DNA of 64,000 bases, taken from assembly GCA_043815505.1 (NCBI GenBank), contig JBDRIV010000004.1, positions 7,135 to 71,134 on the forward strand, read 5' to 3'. This DNA is from a bacterium (GTDB taxonomy: Bacteria; Patescibacteriota; JABMPQ01; JBDRIV01). Below, piece after piece: positions 40,122-49,804 of this stretch; the stretch's first letter is position 1, and every line of letters starts with the position of its first letter. Position numbers and translations under genes: made by a program. The notes under the pieces were generated by a model, which saw only the letters and a program-made list of their open reading frames with translations, was not told where the DNA came from and ran no database searches.

Positions 40122-41336
40122 CTAGTTTTTTGCCTTATCTAAGGTAACTTTAACGGTTTTTTCCTTTCCGTCATGTAATACCCTTAGATCAATTATAGCA
40201 CTTACCTGCTTATTGGCAATAATTTTGGCCAATCCGTTGGAAGAATCGATTTTTTCACCATTTACCTCTAAAATTATATCGTTTTCTTCAAGTCCCGCTT
40301 TGTCGGCTGGACTGCCGGGAATTATTGCTAAATCATTCGGATTTTCACCTCGTAAAAGAAGTGCACCGTAGTCAACATTTAAATTATTTCTTTCTTTTAA
40401 GCTTTCTGTAACGATTATATAGCGAACGCCCAAATAGGGACGAACAATTTCTCCATCTTTTATTACTCCATTGATTATACTCTTTACAGAATTAATGGGA
40501 ATAGCAAAGCCAATGAGCTGTCCCGAAGCATCAATGGCGGTATTAATCCCTACTACCTGACCGTCAATATTAACTAAGGGACCACCGGAATTACCGGGAT
40601 TAATGGCTGCATCGGTTTGAATTACATTTTCTAAGTTTTCTGAGTTTAGGCCACTTGAAGCAGTTATATTTCTACCAGTAGCACTTATTATTCCGGCCGT
40701 AACTGAATTCTCATATTCTCCCAAAGAATTGCCAATAGCAATAGCTCGCTGTCCAATTTTGAGAGCGTCAGAATCACCAAATTCAACAACTGTTAAATTC
40801 TTAGCCTCAATCTTTATAACTGCCAAATCGGTAATTGTATCTTTAGCAATAATTTCAGCCGGATATTCTTCCCCATCAGATGTAACCACCGTATAATCTG
40901 CTTCCCCGTCACTCACTACATGTCGATTGGTAATAATTAAGCCATCTTCGGAAACAATAAAACCAGAACCGCCACCAATTTCAGTTTGTCCGCGTTCATT
41001 TTCTGGCAATTCAAAGGTGTAAGGAAATAGATTATCGAAAATTCCACCTTCGCCAAGATTATTATAAATCTTTTCTAAATCCTTGGTTACCACAATACTT
41101 ACAACTGCTGGTTTAACTTTGTCAACTGCAGATATAATTCCAGAGTCTTCATCAATAGTTACCGCTTTATTGTTTTGATTTCTGCTTATTTCACCGTTAT
41201 TATTTTTAACCAAAATATTAATGGTAACATAGGTTGTGATAAGTGAAGTTACAATAGCTACGATTAGAATTAGAAAAACTAATTTTTTAATGTGCCGCTC
41301 TTTTTTGGCTTGTGGTTGCCTTTTTTCGTCAATCAT
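40122..41336 (-). CDS. HtrA/DegP-family serine protease with PDZ domain (copy 2)
   Basis: TNRHVV, DLAV and INPGNSGGPL motifs; PDZ domain. Confidence 0.95.
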   Translation of the reverse strand: MIDEKRQPQAKKERHIKKLVFLILIVAIVTSLITTYVTINILVKNNNGEISRNQNNKAVTIDEDSGIISAVDKVKPAVVSIVVTKDLEKIYNNLGEGGIFDNLFPYTFELPENERGQTEIGGGSGFIVSEDGLIITNRHVVSDGEADYTVVTSDGEEYPAEIIAKDTITDLAVIKIEAKNLTVVEFGDSDALKIGQRAIAIGNSLGEYENSVTAGIISATGRNITASSGLNSENLENVIQTDAAINPGNSGGPLVNIDGQVVGINTAIDASGQLIGFAIPINSVKSIINGVIKDGEIVRPYLGVRYIIVTESLKERNNLNVDYGALLLRGENPNDLAIIPGSPADKAGLEENDIILEVNGEKIDSSNGLAKIIANKQVSAIIDLRVLHDGKEKTVKVTLDKAKN

Positions 41337-41341
41337 AATTT

Positions 41342-42082
41342 TTAATTACTTTTTTTGTTTAATAATCTTTTTTGCTTTCTTATGGTAATTCTTACTTTTA
41401 TAAGATCGTTTAAAGTTTTGCAAGCTGCAATAATTGGATTTAGTGTTGTGGCTTCAGAATTCTCCCATTTTACTGGTAATTCTTTTAGTTTAAAATTATA
41501 TAATCTAGCTAGGGCTAGAATTTCGAAGTCGAAACTCCACCCAGACATAGTTTGCTTGGTAAAAACTTTTTCTACACATTTTTTATTAAATAATTTAAAG
41601 CCACACTGAGTATCATGAATTCCAGGAAGTAATAATATTCTTATTAATAAATTACCGGTTTTCCCAATTATTTGTCTGTACCACGATTGACTTTTTTGAA
41701 TGTCTGCTCCAACAATTGCCCGTGATCCTAAAATCAAATCATACCTATTGGTTTCTGGCCAAAATGTTTCAATTTGATTAATAGTAGTAGAATTATCTGC
41801 ATCCATAAACAACCGCCATTCGCCAGTTGCTTTAAGCATGCCAGTTTTTACAGCCATGCCTTTTCCCTTGTTTTCATTTAATCTGACATGCTGAGCAGGA
41901 ATTTGGCTAGTAGCAACAAAATCTTGAACAATTAAATCTGTTTTATCAGTTGATCCATCAGAAACAACAATAATTTCGGCTGAATAATCTTTAGTACTTA
42001 AATAAGCTTCAATTTCTTTCAAAGTAGGTTTAATTCTTTTTTCTTCGTTGTAAGCTGGTATTATAACCGATAATGTTATCAT
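41342..42082 (-). CDS. Dolichyl/polyprenyl-phosphate beta-glucosyltransferase-like GT2
   Basis: IPAYNE, NKGKG, FMDAD and DTQCGFK motifs. Confidence 0.88.
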   Translation of the reverse strand: MITLSVIIPAYNEEKRIKPTLKEIEAYLSTKDYSAEIIVVSDGSTDKTDLIVQDFVATSQIPAQHVRLNENKGKGMAVKTGMLKATGEWRLFMDADNSTTINQIETFWPETNRYDLILGSRAIVGADIQKSQSWYRQIIGKTGNLLIRILLLPGIHDTQCGFKLFNKKCVEKVFTKQTMSGWSFDFEILALARLYNFKLKELPVKWENSEATTLNPIIAACKTLNDLIKVRITIRKQKRLLNKKSN

Positions 42083-42474
42083 CTTCTATCTAAATAGTTT
42101 TGTAAAATAATTTTGGCAGCCAGTTCATGATCAGTTCTGTTAACACCCTCCAGTTTTAAAATATCTTTGGCTTGTTTACTAGAAAGTCTTTCGTCTTGCC
42201 ATTTAATTTGGCATCCAGTTTCGTTTTCGATAAAATCGACTTTTTCCCTTATTGAAGCCGTTTGTGGGGTTTTTTCTCCCTTCATATTTAGAGAAAGACC
42301 AACCACAATAATGGTTACATCTTCCTTGGTAACAATTTCCTTCACTCTACTCACAAGTGATGTTGTTGAATCGTGATTTATAGTTTTGTAAATCGAAGCA
42401 AGATTACTACCCTCTTCTGAAATTGCAACACCTGTATGTCTGTCACCAATATCTAGTCCTAAAATGTTTGGCAT
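42079..42474 (-). CDS. ruvX: YqgF/RuvX pre-16S rRNA nuclease
   Basis: LGLDIG..TGVAIS, VVGL, DERLSS and AA..ILQ motifs. Confidence 0.92.
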   Translation of the reverse strand: MPNILGLDIGDRHTGVAISEEGSNLASIYKTINHDSTTSLVSRVKEIVTKEDVTIIVVGLSLNMKGEKTPQTASIREKVDFIENETGCQIKWQDERLSSKQAKDILKLEGVNRTDHELAAKIILQNYLDRR

Positions 42475-43229
42475 TATAAGGTTGTTAATATTTCTACTCC
42501 GTTATCTGTTACCAGAATTGTATTTTCAAAATGACATGATAACGAACCGTCGATCGTTTTGTATGTCCAATTATTCTTGTCTAATTCTACTTCATGTGAA
42601 CCAAGTGCTAGCATCGGTTCAATGGCAATGGTCATTCCACTCAACAATTCTTCTCCTTGGCCTCTTTTTCCAAAATTAGGAATTTGTGGTGGCTCATGAA
42701 TTTCCCTACCAACACCATGTCCCACTAATTCTCTAATTACTTGGGTGTCATTATTTTCGGCATATTTTTGAATAGCTTGTCCAATATCACCAACTCTGGT
42801 TCCATTTTTTATTTGAGCAATTCCGATTTGTAATGATTTCTCAGTAATAGTTATTAGTTTTCTGGCATCTGTTGAAATTTCTCCTACGGCAAATGTTCTA
42901 GCCATGTCAGTGCACATATTTTTATGCCAAATACCATAGTCAATACTTACTAGGTCGCCTTCATGTAAAATCCTATCTGGTGCGGGAATACCGTGAACTA
43001 TTTCATCATTTATTGATACGCAAGCACCATTAGGATATTTTTGAAAGCCTTTAAAAGCTGGTTTTACATTTAATTCTTGACATAATTCATCAGCTTTGTT
43101 ATCGATATCCATTGTTGAGATTCCGATTTGTATGTATTTTCCTAAGCCATCAACAATTTGCGCCAATATTTTACCACCTGCGCGCATAGCATCGATTTCT
43201 TTTTCAGTTTTAATAAGACTTTTTAACAT
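42474..43229 (-). CDS. map: Methionine aminopeptidase type I
   Basis: HGIP, GHGVG...HEPP, AIEPM and HFENT motifs. Confidence 0.97.
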   Translation of the reverse strand: MLKSLIKTEKEIDAMRAGGKILAQIVDGLGKYIQIGISTMDIDNKADELCQELNVKPAFKGFQKYPNGACVSINDEIVHGIPAPDRILHEGDLVSIDYGIWHKNMCTDMARTFAVGEISTDARKLITITEKSLQIGIAQIKNGTRVGDIGQAIQKYAENNDTQVIRELVGHGVGREIHEPPQIPNFGKRGQGEELLSGMTIAIEPMLALGSHEVELDKNNWTYKTIDGSLSCHFENTILVTDNGVEILTTL

Positions 43230-43230
43230 T

Positions 43231-43255
43231 AAAATAAGCGGATTTTAGCCGCTTA
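43231..43255 (-). terminator. Short hairpin with U-tract between adk and map
   Basis: TAAGCGG-ctaaaat-CCGCTTA-TTTT. Confidence 0.5.
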
Positions 43256-43903
43256 CTCATTTAATTTAAGTGCTCTGAGAATGTCTGCGTGTACATCTTC
43301 GCGAGATTGTACTCCATTAATTTTTTGTAAGACACCTAGTTCGTCGTAGTATTTTATGGCGGCTTTTACGTGTTCGTCAAACCAATCTAAACGTTTATTA
43401 ATTTTATCTGCATTTTGATCATCATCTCTTTGCACAACTTCTCCTCCACATTTATCGCATTTCTCAACTGTTAAATCAGCATAGATATTACCACAATCAA
43501 CACAAAGTCTTCTTTTTAGTAATCTGGTCAGAGCCTCTTCTCGAGAAATATCAATCCAAATAGCTTGCAAATTATCATCTTTATCTAAATCTTTTAGTAG
43601 GCCATGTAAATCATTCGCCTGTCCTGCGGTTCTGGGATAACCATCAAATATTAATCCTTTTTCTGGATCTGTTTTTTGTAAGACGTCCTCAACAACCTGC
43701 AAAGCAATTTCATCTGACATGTGCACACCCTTGTTTATTTCCTTTAGCTTATTTCCCAGTTTGTCTTCTTGTTTACTTCGGTCTCGCATCAACTTCCCCG
43801 TTTCAATTCTTTGGTAACCAAATTTATCTATCAAATAATCAACTTGGGTTCCCTTGCCGGAACCTGCGGGTCCAAAAATTATTATAGTATTATTCTTGAC
43901 CAT
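43253..43903 (-). CDS. adk: Adenylate kinase (Zn-lid type)
   Basis: GPAGSGKGTQ, DGYPR and CVDC...CDKC motifs. Confidence 0.95.
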   Translation of the reverse strand: MVKNNTIIIFGPAGSGKGTQVDYLIDKFGYQRIETGKLMRDRSKQEDKLGNKLKEINKGVHMSDEIALQVVEDVLQKTDPEKGLIFDGYPRTAGQANDLHGLLKDLDKDDNLQAIWIDISREEALTRLLKRRLCVDCGNIYADLTVEKCDKCGGEVVQRDDDQNADKINKRLDWFDEHVKAAIKYYDELGVLQKINGVQSREDVHADILRALKLNE

Positions 43904-43908
43904 GGATA

Positions 43909-45189
43909 TTAGTAAAAACTTTCATAATCGCGCATTACCATTTGGGCTTCAACTTGTTTAACAGTTTCTATAACAACACTAACAACGATCAATAAACCTG
44001 TACCACCAATTACCATTGATTGCACTGATGTTAGTCCCTGTACTAAAAATGGCATAACAGCTATCATACCCAAAAATATTGCACCCGCCAAAGTTACTCT
44101 ATTCAAGGTTTTTTTCAAATAACTTTCTGTTGATTGACCGGGTCTAATACCAGGTATGAACCCGCCTTGTTTTTGTAAATTATCGGAAATAGAATGAGGA
44201 TCAAATGATATGGCCGTATAAAAATAGGTGAAAGCAATAACTAAAATAAAATACACGACGCCGTAAAATACTTGATTGTTAAATAAATCAGAAATGTATT
44301 TAGCAGAAGTTGCTAACCAAGTTATATCAGAATTCGATAAAAAGTTAGCAATCAGTCCTGGAAAAATCATCAGCGATAGGGCAAAGATAATGGGAATAAC
44401 ACCACCTTGATTTACGCGCATGGGCAAATGAGTAGAACCCCCACCATACATACGATTGCCTTTGATTCTTTTGGCATAAGAAACAGGAATGTTTCTTTGT
44501 CCTTCGGTTACAATTACAACTCCGGCAATAACGACCACTCCAATAACTGCAAAAACTAAATAATTAAATAACTGTGTTGGATCATAAGAAACAATTGCTT
44601 GTTGAACTGCTTGTGGGATATTGGTAATAATACCGGCAAATATTATTAGCGACACACCATTGCCAATTCCCTTTTCTGTTATTAACTCACCAATCCACAT
44701 TAAAAACATAGTTCCAGCTGTGGCAATAATTATAGTTAAAATAATATTATAAACGGACAAATCTGTAATAATTGGTGGACTCTGGCGAGATAATAAAGTT
44801 ATCATGGTATAGCCCTGCAAAGCAGCGAGAGGAATAGTTACAATTCTAGTAATTTGATTGAATTTTTTACGTCCCGCTTCTCCTTCTTCTTTCATCATTT
44901 GTTGGAGTTTGGGAATTATCATCGTTAAAAGCTGTAAAATAATTGTGGAAGTAATATATGGCCCCACACCCAACAAAACGATTGACATATTTTCCATACC
45001 ACTACCAGAAAACATATTTAACAGACCAAAAATCTGATTATTCTCAAAAAATGAACGAAGATTTTCCTGATTTACAGCTGGTAAAGGAATATGAGCCGCT
45101 AGTCTAAAAATACCTAAAAGCACTAAGGAAAATATAATTCTTTTTCTTAGTTCCTTGATGCGCCAAATTTCGGCTAACTTCTTAAACAT
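43909..45189 (-). CDS. secY: Preprotein translocase SecY
   Basis: GIGNGVSL, GVIPIIFA, IPGIRPG and GGTGLLI motifs. Confidence 0.98.
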   Translation of the reverse strand: MFKKLAEIWRIKELRKRIIFSLVLLGIFRLAAHIPLPAVNQENLRSFFENNQIFGLLNMFSGSGMENMSIVLLGVGPYITSTIILQLLTMIIPKLQQMMKEEGEAGRKKFNQITRIVTIPLAALQGYTMITLLSRQSPPIITDLSVYNIILTIIIATAGTMFLMWIGELITEKGIGNGVSLIIFAGIITNIPQAVQQAIVSYDPTQLFNYLVFAVIGVVVIAGVVIVTEGQRNIPVSYAKRIKGNRMYGGGSTHLPMRVNQGGVIPIIFALSLMIFPGLIANFLSNSDITWLATSAKYISDLFNNQVFYGVVYFILVIAFTYFYTAISFDPHSISDNLQKQGGFIPGIRPGQSTESYLKKTLNRVTLAGAIFLGMIAVMPFLVQGLTSVQSMVIGGTGLLIVVSVVIETVKQVEAQMVMRDYESFY

Positions 45190-45216
45190 ATTTTTTGACT
45201 ATTTTTTTATTTGTAG

Positions 45217-45750
45217 CTACTTTACTTTTTTTGGTGCTTGCTCTAAATCTTTTTGAAGGGAGTCTGTCGAACCATCTTTTTGAGGAAGTTCTTTTATTGT
45301 AATCTTTTTAAACTCTCCTTTAGCTTGGGTAATCTTTTTAATTGCCTGAGTTGAAGCTTGATGAGCATAAACTGTTAATTTTTTTGTCAGCTGACCCGCA
45401 CCCAGTATTTTAACCAACTTATTAGTTTTCTTGATTAAACCAGATTTTTTTAAAACTTTAATATCAACTACATCTCCAGTGGCAAATTTATTCTCCAAAT
45501 CATAGATATTAATATTTTGAACTTTTTTACTTATACTTTTAAAACCTCGGAGCTTTGGTAATTGCTGAATCACAGTTGTTCTACCACCTTCAAAACCTGG
45601 TCGTTGTGAAGCACCGGCTCTAGCTTTTTGACCCTTAGTACCACGACCGGAAGTTGTTCCGCGCGAAGCATTACCACGCCCAACCCGTTTTTTGTTTTTG
45701 GCTGTGCGACGATCTTTAGGTTTTCTTAAATTGTGAAATCCAGTCACCAT
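45217..45750 (-). CDS. rplO: 50S ribosomal protein L15 with C-terminal extension
   Basis: RVGRG..GRGTKGQ, GFEGG and LPKLRGF motifs. Confidence 0.96.
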   Translation of the reverse strand: MVTGFHNLRKPKDRRTAKNKKRVGRGNASRGTTSGRGTKGQKARAGASQRPGFEGGRTTVIQQLPKLRGFKSISKKVQNINIYDLENKFATGDVVDIKVLKKSGLIKKTNKLVKILGAGQLTKKLTVYAHQASTQAIKKITQAKGEFKKITIKELPQKDGSTDSLQKDLEQAPKKVK

Positions 45751-46331
45751 TATTTTTTCTTAGATTTAGTAGCCTTTTTTGCGTCTGCGATATCTTCTTT
45801 TTCTGCCGTTTTTTCTTTTTTTGCTTTACCGGGTTGCAACTCTTCTAAGGTCATTCCTCTTCTTTTAGCTATATCCTTGGGATCAGAAAAATTAGCCAAG
45901 GCATTAATTGTCGCTTTAACATTGTTTATTTTATTCTGAGTTCCCAGTATTTTTCCAACTATATTTTTTATACCGGCCAGTTCGACAACAGTTCTAACGG
46001 TTCCACCAGCAATAATTCCTGTTCCTTCAGGAGCTGGTTTTAGAAATAATTTGGCACTACCATATTTAGCTTTAGTTTCATGATAAATGGTACCATTTAC
46101 AGTTTGGACATTAACAATATTTTTTTTGGCTTGTCTGATTGCTTTTTCACGTGCAATAGCAACATCTGAACCTTTAGCAACTCCCACGCCCACTCGTCCT
46201 TTACGATCACCAATTACAATAGTTACACGAAAGCTAAAACGACGTCCGCCGGCAACTATTCTAGCTACCCGAGCAATGTCTACAATTTGTTCATCAAATT
46301 CAGATTTTGGTTTACGATTAAATCTTGGCAT
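45750..46331 (-). CDS. rpsE: 30S ribosomal protein S5
   Basis: GGRRFSF and PAPEGTGIIAGG motifs. Confidence 0.97.
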   Translation of the reverse strand: MPRFNRKPKSEFDEQIVDIARVARIVAGGRRFSFRVTIVIGDRKGRVGVGVAKGSDVAIAREKAIRQAKKNIVNVQTVNGTIYHETKAKYGSAKLFLKPAPEGTGIIAGGTVRTVVELAGIKNIVGKILGTQNKINNVKATINALANFSDPKDIAKRRGMTLEELQPGKAKKEKTAEKEDIADAKKATKSKKK

Positions 46332-46409
46332 CCCGGTTGTACAATTTAATATTCATATATTTCAATTATTCATGCTACGGTTATACAAATTAATTATTGT
46401 ACAACCGGG
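46332..46409. mobile_element. 78-bp MITE/REP-like element with 14-bp terminal inverted repeats, flanked by a duplicated ATG
   Basis: CCCGGTTGTACAAT (46332-46345) and ATTGTACAACCGGG (46396-46409); CAT directly on both sides; internal degenerate copy CGGTTATACAA at 46378. Confidence 0.6.
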
Positions 46410-46413
46410 CATA

Positions 46414-46770
46414 TTATATTTTTAATCCTCCTTCTCTTGCGCCTTCGCTAACATTTTTAATCCGACCGTGATATAAATTACCACCCCGATCAAAAACTGC
46501 ATTTTTAATACCTTTTGCTACGGCTTTTGCAGCCAATTCCTTTCCAGCATTTTTAGCAATATCAATTGGTTTCATTTTATCTGCTCCTTTCAATTCTTTA
46601 TCAGAATAGCTAAATAAGGTTTTTCCTGATTCATCATCAATTAATTGCAAATACAAATGTTTGTTGCTTCTAAAAACTGATAAGCGAGGCTTACTTTTGG
46701 TACCAGAAATTTTAGCTCGCACTCTGTGCTGCCGTCTTTTTCTGGCTAATACTTTTTTGCTAGTCTTCAT
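46414..46770 (-). CDS. rplR: 50S ribosomal protein L18
   Basis: PRLSVFRS and FDRGG..YHGR motifs. Start taken as ATG 46770. Confidence 0.97.
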   Translation of the reverse strand: MKTSKKVLARKRRQHRVRAKISGTKSKPRLSVFRSNKHLYLQLIDDESGKTLFSYSDKELKGADKMKPIDIAKNAGKELAAKAVAKGIKNAVFDRGGNLYHGRIKNVSEGAREGGLKI

Positions 46771-46774
46771 AATT

Positions 46775-47320
46775 TTATTCTCCTTCGGTGCCGGTGGCCC
46801 GTTTACCAATTTTTCTTCTTACGTGTTCATCTTCATATCTGATACCTTTACCTTTATAAGGTTCTGGTTTTTTTACTTTTCTAATTTCAGCTGCAGCTTG
46901 TCCAACCATTTGTTTATCTCTGCCTGATACAATAATAAATTCCTTTTCTACTTTAATTTCTACACCTTCGGGTGGATTATACTCTACCGAATGAGAAAAA
47001 CCAACACTTAATTCTAGAATCTTGCCTTTCATAACTGCCCGATAACCAACACCTTCGATAATAAGTTTTTTTTCAAAACCTTCACTTACGCCAATTACAG
47101 AATTGTTTATCAGTGATCTAGTTAGTCCCCAAATAGCATTATTACCCTCATCTTTTTTCAATTCGACAATAATATTTTTGTCATCAATTTTAACTTCAGC
47201 CCCATTAGGAATTTTAGTTGTTAATTCACCCTTGGGACCAGACACGATAAATTCATCCTGTTCAATTTTGCAGGTTACTTTTTCTGGAATTGTAATTGGA
47301 AGTTTTCCTATGCGTGACAT
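46775..47320 (-). CDS. rplF: 50S ribosomal protein L6
   Basis: MSRIGK and PEPYKGKGIRY motifs. Confidence 0.98.
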   Translation of the reverse strand: MSRIGKLPITIPEKVTCKIEQDEFIVSGPKGELTTKIPNGAEVKIDDKNIIVELKKDEGNNAIWGLTRSLINNSVIGVSEGFEKKLIIEGVGYRAVMKGKILELSVGFSHSVEYNPPEGVEIKVEKEFIIVSGRDKQMVGQAAAEIRKVKKPEPYKGKGIRYEDEHVRRKIGKRATGTEGE

Positions 47321-47324
47321 ATTT

Positions 47325-47720
47325 TTACCAGATTTTACAAATTAATTCTCCGCCCATTCTGCGACGACGCGCTTCTCTATCTGTCATTAATCCTTGCGAA
47401 GTTGAAAGAATTACTGTTCCTAACCCACCACGAACTCGTGGTATACTTCTTCTTCCTTCGTGAATTCTTCTTCCCGGTTTACTCATTCTTTTTATACCAT
47501 TAATAACGGGATTTTTATTCTCGTCATATTTTAGGGTCACAATTAAGCTTTTTCTTTCCTTACTATCAGTTTCCGGTGCTACTTCAGCAATAAAACCCTC
47601 GGCCACTAAAACTTCTGCCAGAGCAGCTTTGATGGTAGAATGCGGGATTTTTACCTCCGCTTTACCTACTGCTTGAGCATTTTTTATTCTTATTAACATG
47701 TCTGAAATTGGATCGGTCAT
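47325..47720 (-). CDS. rpsH: 30S ribosomal protein S8
   Basis: DPISDMLIRIKN, SKPGRR and STSQG motifs. Confidence 0.98.
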   Translation of the reverse strand: MTDPISDMLIRIKNAQAVGKAEVKIPHSTIKAALAEVLVAEGFIAEVAPETDSKERKSLIVTLKYDENKNPVINGIKRMSKPGRRIHEGRRSIPRVRGGLGTVILSTSQGLMTDREARRRRMGGELICKIW

Positions 47721-47725
47721 AATAA

Positions 47726-47857
47726 TTAAGTCAAAAGTTAAAAGTCAAAGGTAAAAAGTTTGAAGTTAAATGTAAAAAGGCAAAATTTAAAACCAAGCGA
47801 GTTCTGGAGCTTACCACTTTCAATTACTTTTGAATTTTGAGTTTTGACTTTTGACAT
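47726..47857. repeat. Heptamer (AAAAGTC-like) fold-back element, family A copy 1
   Basis: TTAAGTC-AAAAGTT-AAAAGTC-AAAGGTA... followed by ...TTTTGAA-TTTTGAG-TTTTGAC-TTTTGAC. Confidence 0.85.
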
Positions 47858-47862
47858 ATATT

Positions 47863-48048
47863 TTACCAACTTGATTTTTTAATACCTGGGATTTCCCCAT
47901 TATTAGCCATTTCTCTAAAACAAATTCTACACAAACCAAATTTTCTCATGTAACCATGTTTACGACCACAAGCAAAACATCTGTTTATTTTTCTGGTTGA
48001 ATACTTAGGTTTTCTTTTCGCCTTTACGACGAGTGCTTTTCTAGCCAT
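47863..48048 (-). CDS. rpsN: 30S ribosomal protein S14, Zn-binding type Z
   Basis: 61 aa, CFAC...CRIC. Confidence 0.97.
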   Translation of the reverse strand: MARKALVVKAKRKPKYSTRKINRCFACGRKHGYMRKFGLCRICFREMANNGEIPGIKKSSW

Positions 48049-48050
48049 AT

Positions 48051-48590
48051 TTATTTACTAAAGGGAAAATTAAATTCTTTTAATAAGTTTTTTGTTTCTT
48101 CATCATTCTTAGCGGTAGTGGCAATTGTAATTTCTAAACCATGAATCCCTGAAACTTGATCCATTCTAATTTCCGGAAAAACAGTATGTTCTTTAATACC
48201 AATTGTTATATTTCCCTGCTTATCAAAACTTTTAGGATCAATGCCACGAAAATCTCTAACACGCGGTAAAGTAATATTTATAAATCTATCTAAGAAATCA
48301 TACATTCTCGTTCCTCTCAACGTCACCATCAAACCCACAACTGAACCTTCTCTAAGTTTAAAATTGGAAATAGATTTTTTAGCAACTTTTTTTGAAGGTT
48401 GCTGACCAGTAATATCGCGTAAGTTATTTATCATGGTTTCCAAAACATTTTTATCGTCAGCGGCTTTACCGGCACCAATACTGACAATAATTTTATCAAC
48501 TTTTGGAACAGCCATAACATTATCAGTTTTTTTGTTCTTTAAAAAGGCTGGTACTATCTTTTTATTAAATTTTTCTTCTAATCTATTCAT
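48051..48590 (-). CDS. rplE: 50S ribosomal protein L5
   Basis: ITGQQP and LPRVRDFRG motifs. Confidence 0.98.
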   Translation of the reverse strand: MNRLEEKFNKKIVPAFLKNKKTDNVMAVPKVDKIIVSIGAGKAADDKNVLETMINNLRDITGQQPSKKVAKKSISNFKLREGSVVGLMVTLRGTRMYDFLDRFINITLPRVRDFRGIDPKSFDKQGNITIGIKEHTVFPEIRMDQVSGIHGLEITIATTAKNDEETKNLLKEFNFPFSK

Positions 48591-48596
48591 AACTTT

Positions 48597-48914
48597 TTAA
48601 GAAATTACCTCTTTACACTTTACACAAATGCGGGCAGTTTTTTTGTCCTGTAATTTTTTCTTACCTACTCTGGTGGGCTTACCACATTTTGGACAAACCA
48701 TCATAACATTGGAAATATTTACCGATCCGTTAATATCAACTCGCTGACCTTTTTCACCTTGTTTTTTTGGTCGGTTATGTTTCTTGAGGATATTTACACC
48801 GTCAATTACTAGCTTACCATTAATAGGATCGGTTGATAAAACTTTGCCCTTTTTTCCACTATCTTTGCCTGTAACTACTTGAACGGTGTCACCTTTTTTT
48901 ATTCTCAACTTCAT
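48597..48914 (-). CDS. rplX: 50S ribosomal protein L24
   Basis: IKKGDTV..GKD KOW motif and ISNV. Confidence 0.97.
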   Translation of the reverse strand: MKLRIKKGDTVQVVTGKDSGKKGKVLSTDPINGKLVIDGVNILKKHNRPKKQGEKGQRVDINGSVNISNVMMVCPKCGKPTRVGKKKLQDKKTARICVKCKEVIS

Positions 48915-48918
48915 ATTT

Positions 48919-49290
48919 TTATAATACCTCAGGTGCTAAAGATATAATTTTACTATAACCAGCTTCACGCAATTCTCTTGCTACCGGTCCAAAAATTCTG
49001 GTACCACGTGGATCTTTTGAATCACTCGAAATTATTACAGCAGCGTTTTCATCAAATTTAATCAAGGAACCATCTTTTCTTTGAAATTCCTTTTTTTGTC
49101 TGACGATAACACAGTGCACAACTTCTTTTTTCTTAACCATACCATGAGGAGTAGCTTCTTTTACGGAAGCAATTACTACATCACCAATGCGGGCGTAGCG
49201 CTTTCTGTTACCACCAAGCACTTTAAAACACTCGATCGATTTAGCACCAGTATTGTCGGCTACTTTCAGTTTTGTTTCTGCTTGAATCAT
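48919..49290 (-). CDS. rplN: 50S ribosomal protein L14
   Basis: VADNTGA and [12 protein letters not shown] motifs. Confidence 0.98.
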   Translation of the reverse strand: MIQAETKLKVADNTGAKSIECFKVLGGNRKRYARIGDVVIASVKEATPHGMVKKKEVVHCVIVRQKKEFQRKDGSLIKFDENAAVIISSDSKDPRGTRIFGPVARELREAGYSKIISLAPEVL

Positions 49291-49593
49291 TTATTTAGAC
49301 TTTTTTAAAACTTTGAATCTTTTATCACGAGAAAGTGGGCGTACTTCTTCAATAATAACCTCATCACCAGTTTTATATTCATTCTTGGCATCATGAGCTT
49401 TATATTTTTTGCTACTTATAAAACGCTTGCTGTAACGAGGATGATTTTTTAAGCGATCAACTCTAACAACTACAGTCTTATCCATTTTATCACTAACAAT
49501 TACACCGACCAATTGTCGCTTTTGTACTTCTTTAGTGTCTCGTGGTGAGTTTACCGAACTATCTTCAATTTTTTTACTTTCCGGCTTGTTCAT
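49291..49593 (-). CDS. rpsQ: 30S ribosomal protein S17 with N-terminal extension
   Basis: [13 protein letters not shown] and RPLSR motifs. Confidence 0.97.
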   Translation of the reverse strand: MNKPESKKIEDSSVNSPRDTKEVQKRQLVGVIVSDKMDKTVVVRVDRLKNHPRYSKRFISSKKYKAHDAKNEYKTGDEVIIEEVRPLSRDKRFKVLKKSK

Positions 49594-49804
49594 CTTTTTT
49601 GGTTACTGACTTTTTATTCTTCATTGAATCATTTAACAACATGGAAATTCTAGCCACGTCTCTTTTTTCAACTTTTATTTCGTTAAAATTTTTTAACTGT
49701 CCAGATGCACTCTTAAATTTAAGTTCTCTAATTTTATTCTTTTTACTAAGCAAAAGTTTTTTCAATTCTTCGGTAGATTTTCCTTTTAATTCCTTAAACT
49801 TCAT
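49574..49804 (-). CDS. rpmC: 50S ribosomal protein L29
   Basis: Position between rplP and rpsQ; ELKF...KRDVARI. Confidence 0.92.
   Translation of the reverse strand: MKFKELKGKSTEELKKLLLSKKNKIRELKFKSASGQLKNFNEIKVEKRDVARISMLLNDSMKNKKSVTKKDEQAGK

Noticed and set aside
45745-45755. Absence of rpmD (L30) between rpsE and rplO
   Set aside because: Real, but a known general trait of CPR bacteria; used only as taxonomic evidence.
46771-46809. Apparent N-terminal extensions from the ORF track (rplR MVNGPP..., also 34367-34432 and 31046-31078)
   Set aside because: They come from upstream alternative start codons overlapping the previous gene; downstream ATGs fit the family N-termini better.
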